DNA of 61,418 bases from Bacteroides sp. SM23_62_1 (GCA_001304505.1 LJUQ01000012.1:1-61418), one strand, 5' to 3'. Positions 1 through 10,363 are shown, numbered from the stretch's first letter. Notes: a model not told the origin generated them from the sequence alone. Made by a program: numbers and translations.

Positions 1-1
1 C

Positions 2-3000
2 GACGCGGGAGATTATGATCTTGTTGTTACAGATTCAAATGGTTGTGTTGCCACTATTCCAACCCAGACCATAAATGAACCATCAGCAATTAATGTGACT
101 GTTGATCCCACATCCAAGCTTGCTCTTAACTGTTATGGTGATAGTGACGGAAAAATAGATATTACTGTTTCAGGCGGAACTGCTCCCTTCACATACTCAT
201 GGACCGGACCAGGCGGATATACATCAGGTAGTGAAGACATTAACGGGTTAATCGCGGGTGAATATAACCTTTCAATCATCGACAAAAATGGATGTTCAAA
301 AAATTATACTCCTCTTGATACAATCACCCAACCCGCACTCCTGCAGGTTTCATTATCAAAAACAGATATTTCCTGTTTCAATGATAATAACGGTACAATC
401 ACTGCACATGCTACAGGAGGTACTTCTCCGTATAAATATCGTCGAAAACTAAGTGATCTCTGGCAAACAGACAGTGTATTCAGCAATCTGCCGCCTGCTA
501 AATACACTATTTATATCCAGGATACAAATCTTTGTACTGTATCCGATACCATTTCGATTAAACAACCTTACGATCTGCGAATTGTCAGTGAAACCAGAGA
601 TGATTCCAATAATAAGTGCTTCGGCGACAGTAATGCGTATATTTCAATTACCGCAACAGGTGGAACAAGTCCCCTGACTTATTCTATCGACAGTGGTTAT
701 ACATATGTTGCATCCAGTTATTTCAGTAACCTCCCCGCAGGAGATTATTATGTCTTCGTCGAGGATGCCAAAGGATGTAAGGAGCAGGGCAGCAAACTCG
801 TTATTGGACAGCCTGCAGAAATCCTGATCACATCATACGGACAAATTGATATTACTTCCTGTTCTTACAGTAAAGAGGGTTATATTGGCATTGAGGCCAC
901 AGGAGGAGTTACACCCATCACCTATACGCTTGATGGATCTGAAAGTAATACATCCGGTGAATTTTTTAATGCGAGTGCCGGGCCACACCTGATTGAAATC
1001 ACTGATGCCAATACCTGTTTGAAAGACACAAATGTTACCATTCTCAGTCCGCCACCCATTGTTGTAGATATTGTTACCCTTACTCATATTACCGGATGTT
1101 ATGGTGACAGTACCGGCAGTATTGACCTGACTGCCTCCGGTGGCACAGGTGCCCTCGAATATTCCATGGATGGCGAGCCTTATGGGGCCATCGCATCTTA
1201 CTCCAACCTTCCTGCAGGCAGTTATACAATTACCATCAAGGATGGAAACGATTGTACACGTGATACAATTATTAAAATTAATCAGCCGGATACTATTGCA
1301 ACTTCGTCTGTATTTGTAAATCCTGTCACCTGTAAGGGAGATGTCGATGGTATCATATCGCTTGCAGGCTCCGGCGGAACTGCACCCTATACCTACACCC
1401 TTATGCCGGGAGTTATCAGTAACGGAACAGGTCTCTTTAACAATCTTGCACCGGGTGTATATACAGTAACAATCGATGATGTAAACGGTTGTCCCTCCTA
1501 TACAACTCCTGATCTTGTTGTTGATGAACCGGAACAATTGCTGATCGATTCCGTCACCTGGAGTGAGATTACCTGCTTTGGCAGGAATGACGGTCAGATT
1601 CATATCTATCCATCCGGAGGATATATTCCCTATAACTACTCGGTTAATGACGGAGTTGATTATGATACATCTGCTCTTGTTACCGGATTATCTCCTTCAA
1701 CTTACTATATCGTTGTGCAAGATTCCGGAGGATGTGTGGTTCAGGGAGATACTGTAACACTTGCCGATCCCCCCGGAATAACAATAGATACAGAGTTAGC
1801 AACAGATGTGTCAACATGCTATGGCGACAGCACAGGTTCAGTAAGTGTCTCAGCTTCTGGCGGACGGGGCCTTCTTAATTATTCACTTGACTCCATCATT
1901 TGGCAGTCATCAGGTGATTTCAATAATCTGCCTGTTGGAGATTATTCAGTGATAGCAAGTGATACAACCGGTTGCTATGCTAAAAGTAATGTGCTGACAA
2001 TCAGCCAGCCTGTGCTTATTACTGCAGATATATCCATGATCCAATCCATCAATGGAGAGCCCGGATCAATACATGTTTCCGCCTCCGGAGGAACAGGGAA
2101 TCTGGAATATTCCGTCAGCGGTCCCACCGGACCATATCAGCCTGATACTGCTTTCCTTAACCTGTGGCCGGGAGATTACCCTGTGGTGGTAAGGGATGAT
2201 AACGGTTGTATGTTCCAGGAAACCGTTACACTCGATGCTGTTCCATTACTTGAAATCGATGTCAGCTATTCTTTCATTGACTGCTATGGACAAAATTCCG
2301 GAACCATTACACTCATCTCAATAAACGGAACAGGAACAGTACAGTATTCAATCGATGGAGGCACAACTTTCTTTACTGATGGTATTTTTACAAATCTCCC
2401 TGCAGCAAAGTATCCCATATACGCAACCGATGAAGATCACAGGATCTTCAAGGATACAGTGAACATCATTCAACCTCCTGAACTGATTGTTACACCTTCA
2501 CTTACAAATCCAACGTGTAACCGTTATTCAAACGATGGATCCATTATTCTGGATGTGTCAGGAGGCACTCCCGGTTACTCCTACCTGTGGTCAAATGATT
2601 CCACAACAAGAGACCTGTTAAACATCGATGAAGGAACCTATTTATTAACCATCACAGATGCCCAGAACTGTATATGGCAGGATACTTTCATTTTGGTTGC
2701 CAATGTTTCAATTACGGCAAATGCAGGTAGTGATACATCTGTCTGCCAGGGCACACAGATTATTTTAAACGGTTCAGGGGGAACAAATTATTTCTGGCAA
2801 CCTGAAACCGGTCTCAGCAGTCCCATTATTGCTAATCCTGTTGCAACAATTACTTCAGATATCACCTATGTGTTGACAGTTACCGAACCGGGAGGATGTT
2901 ACGACAGGGATACACTTGTCATAGGTGTATATCCTCTGCTGGGTATTGATGCCGGAAATGATACAACCGTCGCTATCGGTCAAACCATTCAGCTGAATGC

Positions 3001-3439
3001 CTCCGGCGGACCATTCGATACATACTCCTGGACCCCGCAGGAAGGTCTTGATGATCCTGCAAGTTCAACACCATCATTACTGGTTTCTGAATATATGGTT
3101 TACCATGTCACAGGGATCAGTACATACGGATGCTCTGAGAGTGATTCTGTATTCATCACTACCGCAGGGAATCTGATTATCTATAACGGTTTCACCCCAA
3201 ACGGCGATGGTGTTAACGATTTCTGGGATATTGATAATGTCCAGTATTATCCAAATATCACTGTTGAAGTTTACAACAGATGGGGATCCCAGGTATTCAG
3301 CTCCAAAGGCTATGGAGATGACAAGAGATGGGATGGTACATATAAAGGCAAGGATGTGGCCATCGGCACATATTATTATATCATTCACCTGAATGACGGA
3401 TCCAAACCAATAACAGGACATGTGACTATTGTGAGATAA
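2..3439 (+). CDS. Large SprB-repeat surface protein with T9SS type B (gliding motility-associated) C-terminal domain; 5' partial
   Basis: Frame is open from base 2 (DAGDYDLVVTDSNGC...), so the gene starts before the window. Repeated 'CxGxxxGxIxxxxSGGTxPYxYS...LxxGxYxxxxxDxNGC' units. C-terminal 'NGFTPNGDGVNDFW...VYNRWG...WDG...GTYYY...GHVTIVR'. Confidence 0.9.
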   Translation, partial: DAGDYDLVVTDSNGCVATIPTQTINEPSAINVTVDPTSKLALNCYGDSDGKIDITVSGGTAPFTYSWTGPGGYTSGSEDINGLIAGEYNLSIIDKNGCSKNYTPLDTITQPALLQVSLSKTDISCFNDNNGTITAHATGGTSPYKYRRKLSDLWQTDSVFSNLPPAKYTIYIQDTNLCTVSDTISIKQPYDLRIVSETRDDSNNKCFGDSNAYISITATGGTSPLTYSIDSGYTYVASSYFSNLPAGDYYVFVEDAKGCKEQGSKLVIGQPAEILITSYGQIDITSCSYSKEGYIGIEATGGVTPITYTLDGSESNTSGEFFNASAGPHLIEITDANTCLKDTNVTILSPPPIVVDIVTLTHITGCYGDSTGSIDLTASGGTGALEYSMDGEPYGAIASYSNLPAGSYTITIKDGNDCTRDTIIKINQPDTIATSSVFVNPVTCKGDVDGIISLAGSGGTAPYTYTLMPGVISNGTGLFNNLAPGVYTVTIDDVNGCPSYTTPDLVVDEPEQLLIDSVTWSEITCFGRNDGQIHIYPSGGYIPYNYSVNDGVDYDTSALVTGLSPSTYYIVVQDSGGCVVQGDTVTLADPPGITIDTELATDVSTCYGDSTGSVSVSASGGRGLLNYSLDSIIWQSSGDFNNLPVGDYSVIASDTTGCYAKSNVLTISQPVLITADISMIQSINGEPGSIHVSASGGTGNLEYSVSGPTGPYQPDTAFLNLWPGDYPVVVRDDNGCMFQETVTLDAVPLLEIDVSYSFIDCYGQNSGTITLISINGTGTVQYSIDGGTTFFTDGIFTNLPAAKYPIYATDEDHRIFKDTVNIIQPPELIVTPSLTNPTCNRYSNDGSIILDVSGGTPGYSYLWSNDSTTRDLLNIDEGTYLLTITDAQNCIWQDTFILVANVSITANAGSDTSVCQGTQIILNGSGGTNYFWQPETGLSSPIIANPVATITSDITYVLTVTEPGGCYDRDTLVIGVYPLLGIDAGNDTTVAIGQTIQLNASGGPFDTYSWTPQEGLDDPASSTPSLLVSEYMVYHVTGISTYGCSESDSVFITTAGNLIIYNGFTPNGDGVNDFWDIDNVQYYPNITVEVYNRWGSQVFSSKGYGDDKRWDGTYKGKDVAIGTYYYIIHLNDGSKPITGHVTIVR

Positions 3440-3440
3440 A

Positions 3441-4340
3441 ATGAAGAAGACGATCATTATAATCATAGCAGGATTTGTTCTTCTGCCATATATGGCAAGA
3501 GCACAACAGTCGCCGATGTATACACAGTATATGTTTAATAAATTCCTCTATAATCCTGCGGTCGCCGGTATCGATCCGTTTTTTCAGATCCGTTCGAACC
3601 ACAGATTCCAATGGGTGGGCATTTCTGATCCTCCAATAACAAATTCCATCAGTTACTATGGACCCCATGGGAATTTGCCAATGGGTTACGGGGGTTATAT
3701 ATACTATGATGTGACCGGCCCTACCACCAAGGCAGGAGCAACCGGTGCCTATGCTTATAATGTAGGTATTACAGGTGATATCAGGCTGTCTATGGGAGTA
3801 TCCGTAGGAATCATGCAGTACAGGGTAGACGGTACACAGATCAACCTGAAAGATCCCTCCGACCAGGCCCTAGAAGAAGCGATTTATTCAAGTATTGTGC
3901 CCGATGCAAACTTTGGTGTTTTTATGTACACCGAAAATTATTGGGCCGGATTCTCAACATCACAATTGATCAATACAAAAGTTAAGCTGTACGAACAAAA
4001 AACCGGATTGAATAAACTGAAGGCTCACTTTTATCTGACCGGAGGATACCTTTTTGTTATTAATAACGACTTTAAGATCGAACCTTCCTTAATCCTTAAA
4101 GGTACTGCACCCGTTCAGATACAGCTTGATCTTAACACAAGAGTAATTTACCAGGATATGGTATGGCTGGGACTTTCTGTGAGAACAAGAGATGCATTAT
4201 CTTTGCTTATCGGTTATGCCTATGATAATAAGATCCATATCGGATATTCCTATGATTTCACCATAACTGATCTCAGAAAATATAACTCCGGCACACATGA
4301 AATCATGATCGGATACCGTTTTAGTGATATAAAAAGGTAA
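3441..4340 (+). CDS. Type IX secretion system membrane protein, PorP/SprF family
   Basis: 'QQSPMYTQYMFN..YNPAVAG', 'RxQWVG', 'GYSYD', 'GTHEI' motifs; lies directly after a type B CTD gene, the usual arrangement. Confidence 0.92.
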   Translation: MKKTIIIIIAGFVLLPYMARAQQSPMYTQYMFNKFLYNPAVAGIDPFFQIRSNHRFQWVGISDPPITNSISYYGPHGNLPMGYGGYIYYDVTGPTTKAGATGAYAYNVGITGDIRLSMGVSVGIMQYRVDGTQINLKDPSDQALEEAIYSSIVPDANFGVFMYTENYWAGFSTSQLINTKVKLYEQKTGLNKLKAHFYLTGGYLFVINNDFKIEPSLILKGTAPVQIQLDLNTRVIYQDMVWLGLSVRTRDALSLLIGYAYDNKIHIGYSYDFTITDLRKYNSGTHEIMIGYRFSDIKR

Positions 4341-4358
4341 TTAAAGTATCAGATCAAA

Positions 4359-4706
4359 ATGCACAAATTTGTTGTTCTTCTTGTTTTATTTATCCTGCTG
4401 AGTTGCAACACGGACAAGAAACCTCAAGCTAAATATCTTCTCTCAAAGGATCAGCTAATTTCAGTGCTGGTGGATATTCATCTCACCTTTGCCATTCAAA
4501 CCACTACAGAATTTCGTGATATTGCTAACCGTTATGATTCAATCGATATACATTCCGGTATTTTCCTGAAGCATCATATTGATAAAGCGTCTTTTGACAG
4601 TACGCTTTCTTATTATTCAAAATATCCGGAAAATATGATGGAAATATATGATGAAGTAATCATGCGGCTCAGCAAAATGCAGGATTCAATCCAGAGTAGT
4701 GAATGA
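4359..4706 (+). CDS. DUF4296-family lipoprotein
   Basis: Lipobox LLSC; 'VLVDIHL', 'IFLKH', 'FDSTLSYYSKYP...IYDEVI' pattern typical of this Bacteroidota family. Confidence 0.75.
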   Translation: MHKFVVLLVLFILLSCNTDKKPQAKYLLSKDQLISVLVDIHLTFAIQTTTEFRDIANRYDSIDIHSGIFLKHHIDKASFDSTLSYYSKYPENMMEIYDEVIMRLSKMQDSIQSSE

Positions 4707-4737
4707 GGCCCGGTCTGTCTAATATGATAAATCGAGG

Positions 4738-5859
4738 ATGAGAAGGGTATCTGCAAATTATATAATTCCTGTCTCATCCCCACCCTTGAAAAATGGAATT
4801 ATTGAATTTGATGATTCCGGCAGGATTAGCTCTTTGATTGATACAGGTGGGAATCTTAAAGAGTCCGCAAACCTGGAATTTTATAATGGTCTTCTTGTTC
4901 CCGGATTTATCAACCCATACTGCCGAATTGAACCATTCATTATTGATATACCAAGAAAAGATCCTCATCAGCCTGAATTTTCTATTGATACCGAATATTC
5001 TGAAGTCAGGGATGACCTGGGTATTCATTCTCGGTTCAGGGAACTTGAAAGAATATTAAAAAATTCAGGAATTTGTGGCCTTGGTAGCGTATCTTCCAAT
5101 CATCATTTCTTTTCAAATAAGTCGGCAGGAAAACTTAAATATCACAGCTTTATTGAAGTATGCCAGCAGAAGGGAGCAGATAGTTTTGAAATATTCAATC
5201 ATGCCGTTGAAGTTATAATGACCGGATGGAATGAGTATAACCTCATGTGTTCCCTGATACCATTTGACTCGTGCAGTGATAAGGAAATCGCAACCCTTGT
5301 TGCAGAATTTACTGTTACTCACTATAATCCGGTTATATTGAAGTGTCAGGATAAGAGTGTCTCTTCAGAATCGTTGTTAATTGATTTTTCAGAATCACTT
5401 GCACGCATAACAGGAAAATCAGCTGATGCAGCCTTAAATTCTTTCAACAGCCCCATTATATTTCCTGTTACTGATCTATCCGGATTCATTCTCGAGTTAA
5501 AATCTGATATTTTTTATTTATTATCCATAGAGGACTTTCAAAGGACCGGATTAATGACACTTTCAAAAGATATCCTTAAAAAAATATCTAACCATATTCT
5601 GTTCAGTTCATATGGATCAGGTTTTCATACACATTATCCAATCATTTCTGAATTGATCATCCTGCAGTCCAAGATTCCTTCGTTATCGATCAATGAACTG
5701 TTGCGTTCATGTACAATTAATCCTGCCCGCGCATTAAAAATGGATAAATATCTCGGCAGTTTGGAGCCAGGAAAAGCTCCGGGAATAAACCTTATTACCA
5801 ATATCGATTTCAGTGAAATGAAACTGACAGAAAAAAGTGAGCTTAAAGCACTTATTTGA
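4738..5859 (+). CDS. Amidohydrolase-fold protein with degenerate metal site
   Basis: N-terminal 'SANYIIPVSSPPLKNG', 'LVPGFIN', C-terminal 'TINPARAL...GSLEPGKAPGINLI'; expected HxH reads 'PYCR'. Confidence 0.75.
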   Translation: MRRVSANYIIPVSSPPLKNGIIEFDDSGRISSLIDTGGNLKESANLEFYNGLLVPGFINPYCRIEPFIIDIPRKDPHQPEFSIDTEYSEVRDDLGIHSRFRELERILKNSGICGLGSVSSNHHFFSNKSAGKLKYHSFIEVCQQKGADSFEIFNHAVEVIMTGWNEYNLMCSLIPFDSCSDKEIATLVAEFTVTHYNPVILKCQDKSVSSESLLIDFSESLARITGKSADAALNSFNSPIIFPVTDLSGFILELKSDIFYLLSIEDFQRTGLMTLSKDILKKISNHILFSSYGSGFHTHYPIISELIILQSKIPSLSINELLRSCTINPARALKMDKYLGSLEPGKAPGINLITNIDFSEMKLTEKSELKALI

Positions 5860-5879
5860 TAAAAGAATATATTCATCTA

Positions 5880-5939
5880 TACCTCCCCTGCATGTCCTGT
5901 CAGACGGGTTGCAGTCCCACTTCGGCAGACAGGGAGGTA
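5880..5939. repeat. GC-rich palindrome, degenerate CCTGC...CAGG mini-element inside TACCTC-C-GAGGTA
   Basis: tacctcccctg (5880-5890) pairs with cagggaggta (5930-5939); contains cttcggcagacagg, similar to the 32904 element. Confidence 0.5.
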
Positions 5940-6053
5940 ACAGAGATTCACTCTGTTCACTCTGTGGATCTTCCATTTACTATGTGATGATAATCATTTC
6001 AGGTTAGGAAATGCCGGATTTTAGTATTTTAGCACCTTTGAAAATATTTCAAC

Positions 6054-6830
6054 ATGACATTCCTTTTCGACGAGGTAATTTTCGGACCTGTAACCAGCCG
6101 CAGGCTTGGATCATCACTGGGTATTAATCTTCTTCCATCATGCAGGAAGGTATGTACTTTTAACTGTATTTACTGTGAATGTGGCTGGACCGGCAGCAGG
6201 GATCTTACAAAATCGGATTACCCAACCAGATCCGATGTCAGGTCAGCTCTGGAAGTCCGGCTACAAGAACTGTCAGAAAAAGGTATTCCGCCGGATTCTA
6301 TCACCTTTGCAGGAAATGGTGAACCAACTCTTCATCCCGACTTTGAGGGTATTGTTGATGATAGTATTAGCCTGCGTAACAATATATCGCCCGTGAGCAA
6401 AATTGTTGTTTTATCAAATGGATCCCTTGCAGATAGGAAAAATATCAGTCACGCCCTTCTGAAAGTTGACCAGAATGTCCTTAAACTGGATACCGGGTAC
6501 GAAGAAACATTCAGGGTGCTGAATCATCCTCCTGAAAGTATCAGGCTTTCAGATATTATCCATAATTTAAAAAGTTTTAATGGCAAGCTGATTGTCCAGA
6601 CACTCTTCATCAGGGGTAGTTATCAGGGTAAATGGATAGATAATACAACTGAGAAAGAAATTTCTGAACTATTAAAACTTTACCAGGATATATACCCCGA
6701 GATGGTCATGGTTTATACATTCGCACGTGGAACTCCCATTGAAGGCCTGGATAGAATTTCTTATCAGGAGTTGAAAAACATTGCTGACAGGATAGAAGAA
6801 CTGGGTATAAGGACACAGATCTCAGCATAA
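6054..6830 (+). CDS. Radical SAM protein (COG0731-like)
   Basis: CxxxCxxC 'CTFNCIYC', 'FGPVTSRRLGSSLGINL', 'ITFAGNGEPTLHP'. Confidence 0.88.
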   Translation: MTFLFDEVIFGPVTSRRLGSSLGINLLPSCRKVCTFNCIYCECGWTGSRDLTKSDYPTRSDVRSALEVRLQELSEKGIPPDSITFAGNGEPTLHPDFEGIVDDSISLRNNISPVSKIVVLSNGSLADRKNISHALLKVDQNVLKLDTGYEETFRVLNHPPESIRLSDIIHNLKSFNGKLIVQTLFIRGSYQGKWIDNTTEKEISELLKLYQDIYPEMVMVYTFARGTPIEGLDRISYQELKNIADRIEELGIRTQISA

Positions 6831-6842
6831 AGTTTTAACCCA

Positions 6843-7952
6843 TTGATTAATAATTATCGTATTTTGATTTGCCCCCTTAACTGGGGATTAGGACACGCAA
6901 GCAGGGATGTCTATCTGATCAGCTGTCTTCTTGACCGTAAGTACGAAGTAATCATTGGTGGAGAGGGGGCTTCAATGGAATTCCTGAAAGCAGAATTTCC
7001 AAACTTGAAATATGTTCATCTCCCCTCATTCCAGATCAGGTATTCTTTAAAATGCCGGGCATGGATTATGATAGTTTTATTATTACCAATTTTTTTTGCC
7101 TGGGTGATTCGTGAAAACAGGTTTCTTCAGCAAATTATCCGTGAATATAATATTGATCTTGTTATTTCTGATACACGTTATGGCTTGTGGAGTTCACTTA
7201 TACCTTCAATTATTATCACGCATCAACTAAGTTTCAGGCTTCCCCGCCTGTTAAAACCATTACAGTATATCATATACAGGATTAATCTTAAGGCATTAAA
7301 AAAGTTTTCCCAGTGCTGGATACCGGATTTCCCCGGATATCCCAACCTTAGCGGAGATCTTGCCCACAAATATAAATTACCTGATAATGCACTATTTATT
7401 GGTCCACTTTCAAAATTCCGGCGATCCGATATTCCATATCTTTCTAAAAAAGGATTCGAAATTGCAGCTGTTTTATCCGGCCCTGAACCTCAAAGATCAC
7501 TATTGGAAAAAATAATTACGGAACAGCTGGTGGAAAATCATCGCAACGCCATCATCATTTGTGGCCTGCCGGGTAAAAAAATATCAGAAACCCTTACTTC
7601 ATCAATTACCCGGGTATCCTGCCTGGCGGGTGATGAATTGGGATCTGTTTTAAAGTTCTCAAAATATATCTTCTGCCGTTCCGGTTATACTTCAATCATG
7701 GATCTTTTAACTATTGGGAAAAGTGCCATGCTTATCCCAACTCCTGGACAGACGGAACAGGAATATCTTGCTCTTTACATGGAAAGACAGGGTTTATTCC
7801 AGTCTGTCCGGCAAAAGCATTTTAATCTTGAAGAAGCGATTTCCCGCTTAGATAAATTCGTGCCTGATATGCTGTTTAACAAAAAACATGATTTACTGGA
7901 TAAAGCCCTGGAGGGATTACCATCCTTGATTGAAAGAATCAAGCATGGTTAG
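6843..7952 (+). CDS. GT-B glycosyltransferase (GT28 C-terminal-like)
   Basis: 'PLNWGLGHASR', 'RSGYTSIMDL', 'IPTPGQTEQEYLA'. Confidence 0.85.
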   Translation: MINNYRILICPLNWGLGHASRDVYLISCLLDRKYEVIIGGEGASMEFLKAEFPNLKYVHLPSFQIRYSLKCRAWIMIVLLLPIFFAWVIRENRFLQQIIREYNIDLVISDTRYGLWSSLIPSIIITHQLSFRLPRLLKPLQYIIYRINLKALKKFSQCWIPDFPGYPNLSGDLAHKYKLPDNALFIGPLSKFRRSDIPYLSKKGFEIAAVLSGPEPQRSLLEKIITEQLVENHRNAIIICGLPGKKISETLTSSITRVSCLAGDELGSVLKFSKYIFCRSGYTSIMDLLTIGKSAMLIPTPGQTEQEYLALYMERQGLFQSVRQKHFNLEEAISRLDKFVPDMLFNKKHDLLDKALEGLPSLIERIKHG

Positions 7953-7987
7953 TTGTTTTGCAATCCCGGAAAATTTTTTGAATGGGG

Positions 7988-8096
7988 TACAGCTTCGCTA
8001 ATGATCCAGTCATTTATAGTGACTGGATCCTAACAGAAAAACTTCATAACCGGATACAGCTTCGCCAATGATCCAGTCACTTTAAATGACTGGATC
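7988..8096. repeat. Two tandem 42-bp hairpin repeats (REP-like)
   Basis: 7988-8029 and 8055-8096: TACAGCTTCGCYAATGATCCAGTCA-N7-TGACTGGATC with a 10-bp perfect stem; lies between convergent genes. Confidence 0.85.
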
Positions 8097-8195
8097 ACTA
8101 AAATAACTCCCCAAACATTAATGTCAAAAAAAAGAAAATATCGGTCGTTTTGATATAAAATTTTTACTTCAGCAAGCCATGTCTAATGTGGATTA

Positions 8196-8801
8196 TTAAT
8201 ACATCAACATAATCAGGGAAATGACAGTAAATCCGACGATGAATCCACTGTAAATTTCAGAGGGCTTGTGTGCATCCAGAATCATTCGTGCCGCACCAGT
8301 AAGTCCTGCAACTACAATAATGATGATAAGATAAATTTCAAGGTTTATCTGTAAATAGAAAATAAGGTAGGTTATTAATCCTGTGATGCCACCATTCCCG
8401 ATCATATGTGCACTGATCTTCCACTTTGAGGTGATGATAAAAGCTGCCAGTACAGATACCATACATCCCAGGGAGAATGCTTTGTATGGCGGGGGTATCT
8501 GTAAGCGCATAAGCAGATAATAGCAAAAAAGGAAAAGTAAAAAACTGAGGATAAGGGGAACAAATCTTTCACGTCTTTCTGACATCTGTACAGAAAAAAT
8601 GATCTTTTGATACAAAAAAAATGGTATCATGCTGATTGGGATAACCAATGTACAGAGAATAACTATCAAAAGGATCATCTTTTTATATTCTGCAGGAAGA
8701 TAGGATAGATAGGTTCCGGAATTGAAAAGTATAAGAAATCCCAGGGAAGGCATCAGCAGAGGATGAAAGAGAATGGAAATAATCTGTGCTGATTTTTTCA
8801 T
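8196..8801 (-). CDS. Integral membrane protein, PAP2-like superfamily
   Basis: Several hydrophobic helices; 'SILFHPLLMP', 'KISAHMIG', 'ARMILDAHKPSEIYSG'. Confidence 0.65.
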   Translation of the reverse strand: MKKSAQIISILFHPLLMPSLGFLILFNSGTYLSYLPAEYKKMILLIVILCTLVIPISMIPFFLYQKIIFSVQMSERRERFVPLILSFLLFLFCYYLLMRLQIPPPYKAFSLGCMVSVLAAFIITSKWKISAHMIGNGGITGLITYLIFYLQINLEIYLIIIIVVAGLTGAARMILDAHKPSEIYSGFIVGFTVISLIMLMY

Positions 8802-8844
8802 TTAATTCCCTGTTGTGTGATTCCCTGCGGATTATTCATTTCTT

Positions 8845-10229
8845 TCAGAGCTCTTTCCTTAAACGGGCAACCGGTATATCAAGTTGTTCCCGGTATTTAG
8901 CCACAGTACGTCTGGCAATATGATATCCCTTTTCTTTGAGTATCTCGGCAAGTCGTTCGTCTGTCAGAGGTTTACGTTTTTCCTCACCTTCAATACATTC
9001 CTGCAATATCTTCTTAATTTCACGGGTTGAGACTTCCTCCCCAGTATCGGTCTGCATTCCCTCTGAAAAGAAAAACTTCAGTGGATATATACCAAAATGG
9101 GTCTGTATATATTTACTGTTCGCTACCCTGGATATGGTTGAAATATCCAGGCCTGTCATATCAGCAATATCTTTGAGAATCATTGGTCTCAGCTTCTTCT
9201 CATCACCATCTTTAAAATATTCATGCTGGTAATTTATAATGGCGTTCATGGTTAGCATAAGGGTGTTTTGTCGTTGCTTGATAGCATCAATAAACCACTT
9301 GGCTGAATCGAGCTTTTGCTTTACAAATGTGATGGCCTCTTTTTGTTCCCTTGTCTGTTTATTCCGGTTAATATGATATGATTCAAGCATTTCACTGTAT
9401 GTCTGGCTGATCCGCAATTCAGGAACATTCCTGGCATTCAGGCTTAACTGTAATTCTCCATCATTGTTTTCAAGTACAAAATCAGGAACAATATGCTGAA
9501 CATTCTTATTTTGAGGATCACTGTATGAGCTTCCAGGTTTTGGATTCAGTTTAAGAATCTCTTCCATGGCCAGTCTCAGTTCGGCTTCACTGATATTTAG
9601 CCTGATAATGATTTTTTCGTAATGCTTTTTGGTAAATTCCTGAAAATAATATTTAACCGTGCACCCACACCTACAGGCTCAAAGTCCTGTATAATCCTGA
9701 GCACTTCATGAAGTTCTTCTTCGGTAGTTTGAATGTTCTGAGTAAATGCAAGATCATCCACAATAGCTTCAAGCTTTCTTCTTAAATAGCCATCATCATC
9801 AATATTTCCAATTAAATAAGAAGCAAGCAATTCCTGTTTCTCTGTAAGCTCCCTTAATCCCATCTGGCTCTCAAGATATTCATGGAAAGAGGATCCAACA
9901 GAAAACGGTATCTCTTCACGTTTTTCATCCTTTGGATAGTTCTTCGGATTCAGCCGGTAAACAGGAATATCTTCATCATTCAGATAATCTTCAAGCGAAA
10001 ACTCTTCCAGATCAGAATCCTGTTCATCCTGTCTGTCTTCATCAGTCTGTTCAGTCTCTTTAAGGGTTATTTCATCATCTGTTCCTTCTTCCAGTAATGG
10101 ATTCTCCTCCAGTTCTTTCTTAATTCGCTGTTCGAGCTGTATGGTAGGTATCTCAAGCAGCTTGATCATCTGTATCTGCTGCGGAGAAAGTTTTTGTAGT
10201 AACTTTTGTTGTAACCTTTGTTTCAGCAT
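8845..10229 (-). pseudogene. rpoN: RNA polymerase sigma-54 factor interrupted by an internal deletion/frameshift near 9656/9657
   Basis: 9597-10229 gives the Gln-rich region I and core-binding domain up to 'FEPVGVGAR'. Homology resumes in another frame ('KYYFQEFTKKHYEKII...LNPKPG...STISR...ARRTVAKYRE', the RpoN box). The conserved 'xLxECLLLQ' segment is absent. Confidence 0.85.
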
Positions 10230-10297
10230 TATCTATCCTGTTACGCTTCTCTAATACTATGGAACGGACATTTATTCTATACTACTTACTGTTTCAT

Positions 10298-10363
10298 AAA
10301 ATTTACCTTTCCTGACCTGCAGCACCCCCCGTTGAAATAAATGTTCAGCAGGCAGATAAATTT
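10298..10363. repeat. Imperfect hairpin of the CCTGCCTGC...GCAGGCAG family
   Basis: cctgacctgc (10311-10320) and ttcagcaggcag (10344-10355), flanked by aaattta/taaattt. Confidence 0.45.

Noticed and set aside
833-1603. 256-aa antisense ORF and the many other short overlapping ORFs in the track
   Set aside because: They are shadows of well-supported genes on the other strand or frame and have no recognisable motifs.
5939-5970. aacagag..ctctgtt..ctctgtgga as a sixth CACAGAG palindrome
   Set aside because: Only fragments are present, without the GGTCAC end or four-unit arms; it may be a decayed copy but cannot be supported.
7988-8096. Possible mini CRISPR array
   Set aside because: Only two repeats, variation lies within the repeat loop, the spacer is 25 bp, and there are no cas genes in the window.
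9600-9660. Programmed frameshift in rpoN
   Set aside because: Conserved residues are physically missing and there is no slippery site at the junction; a deletion explains it better.
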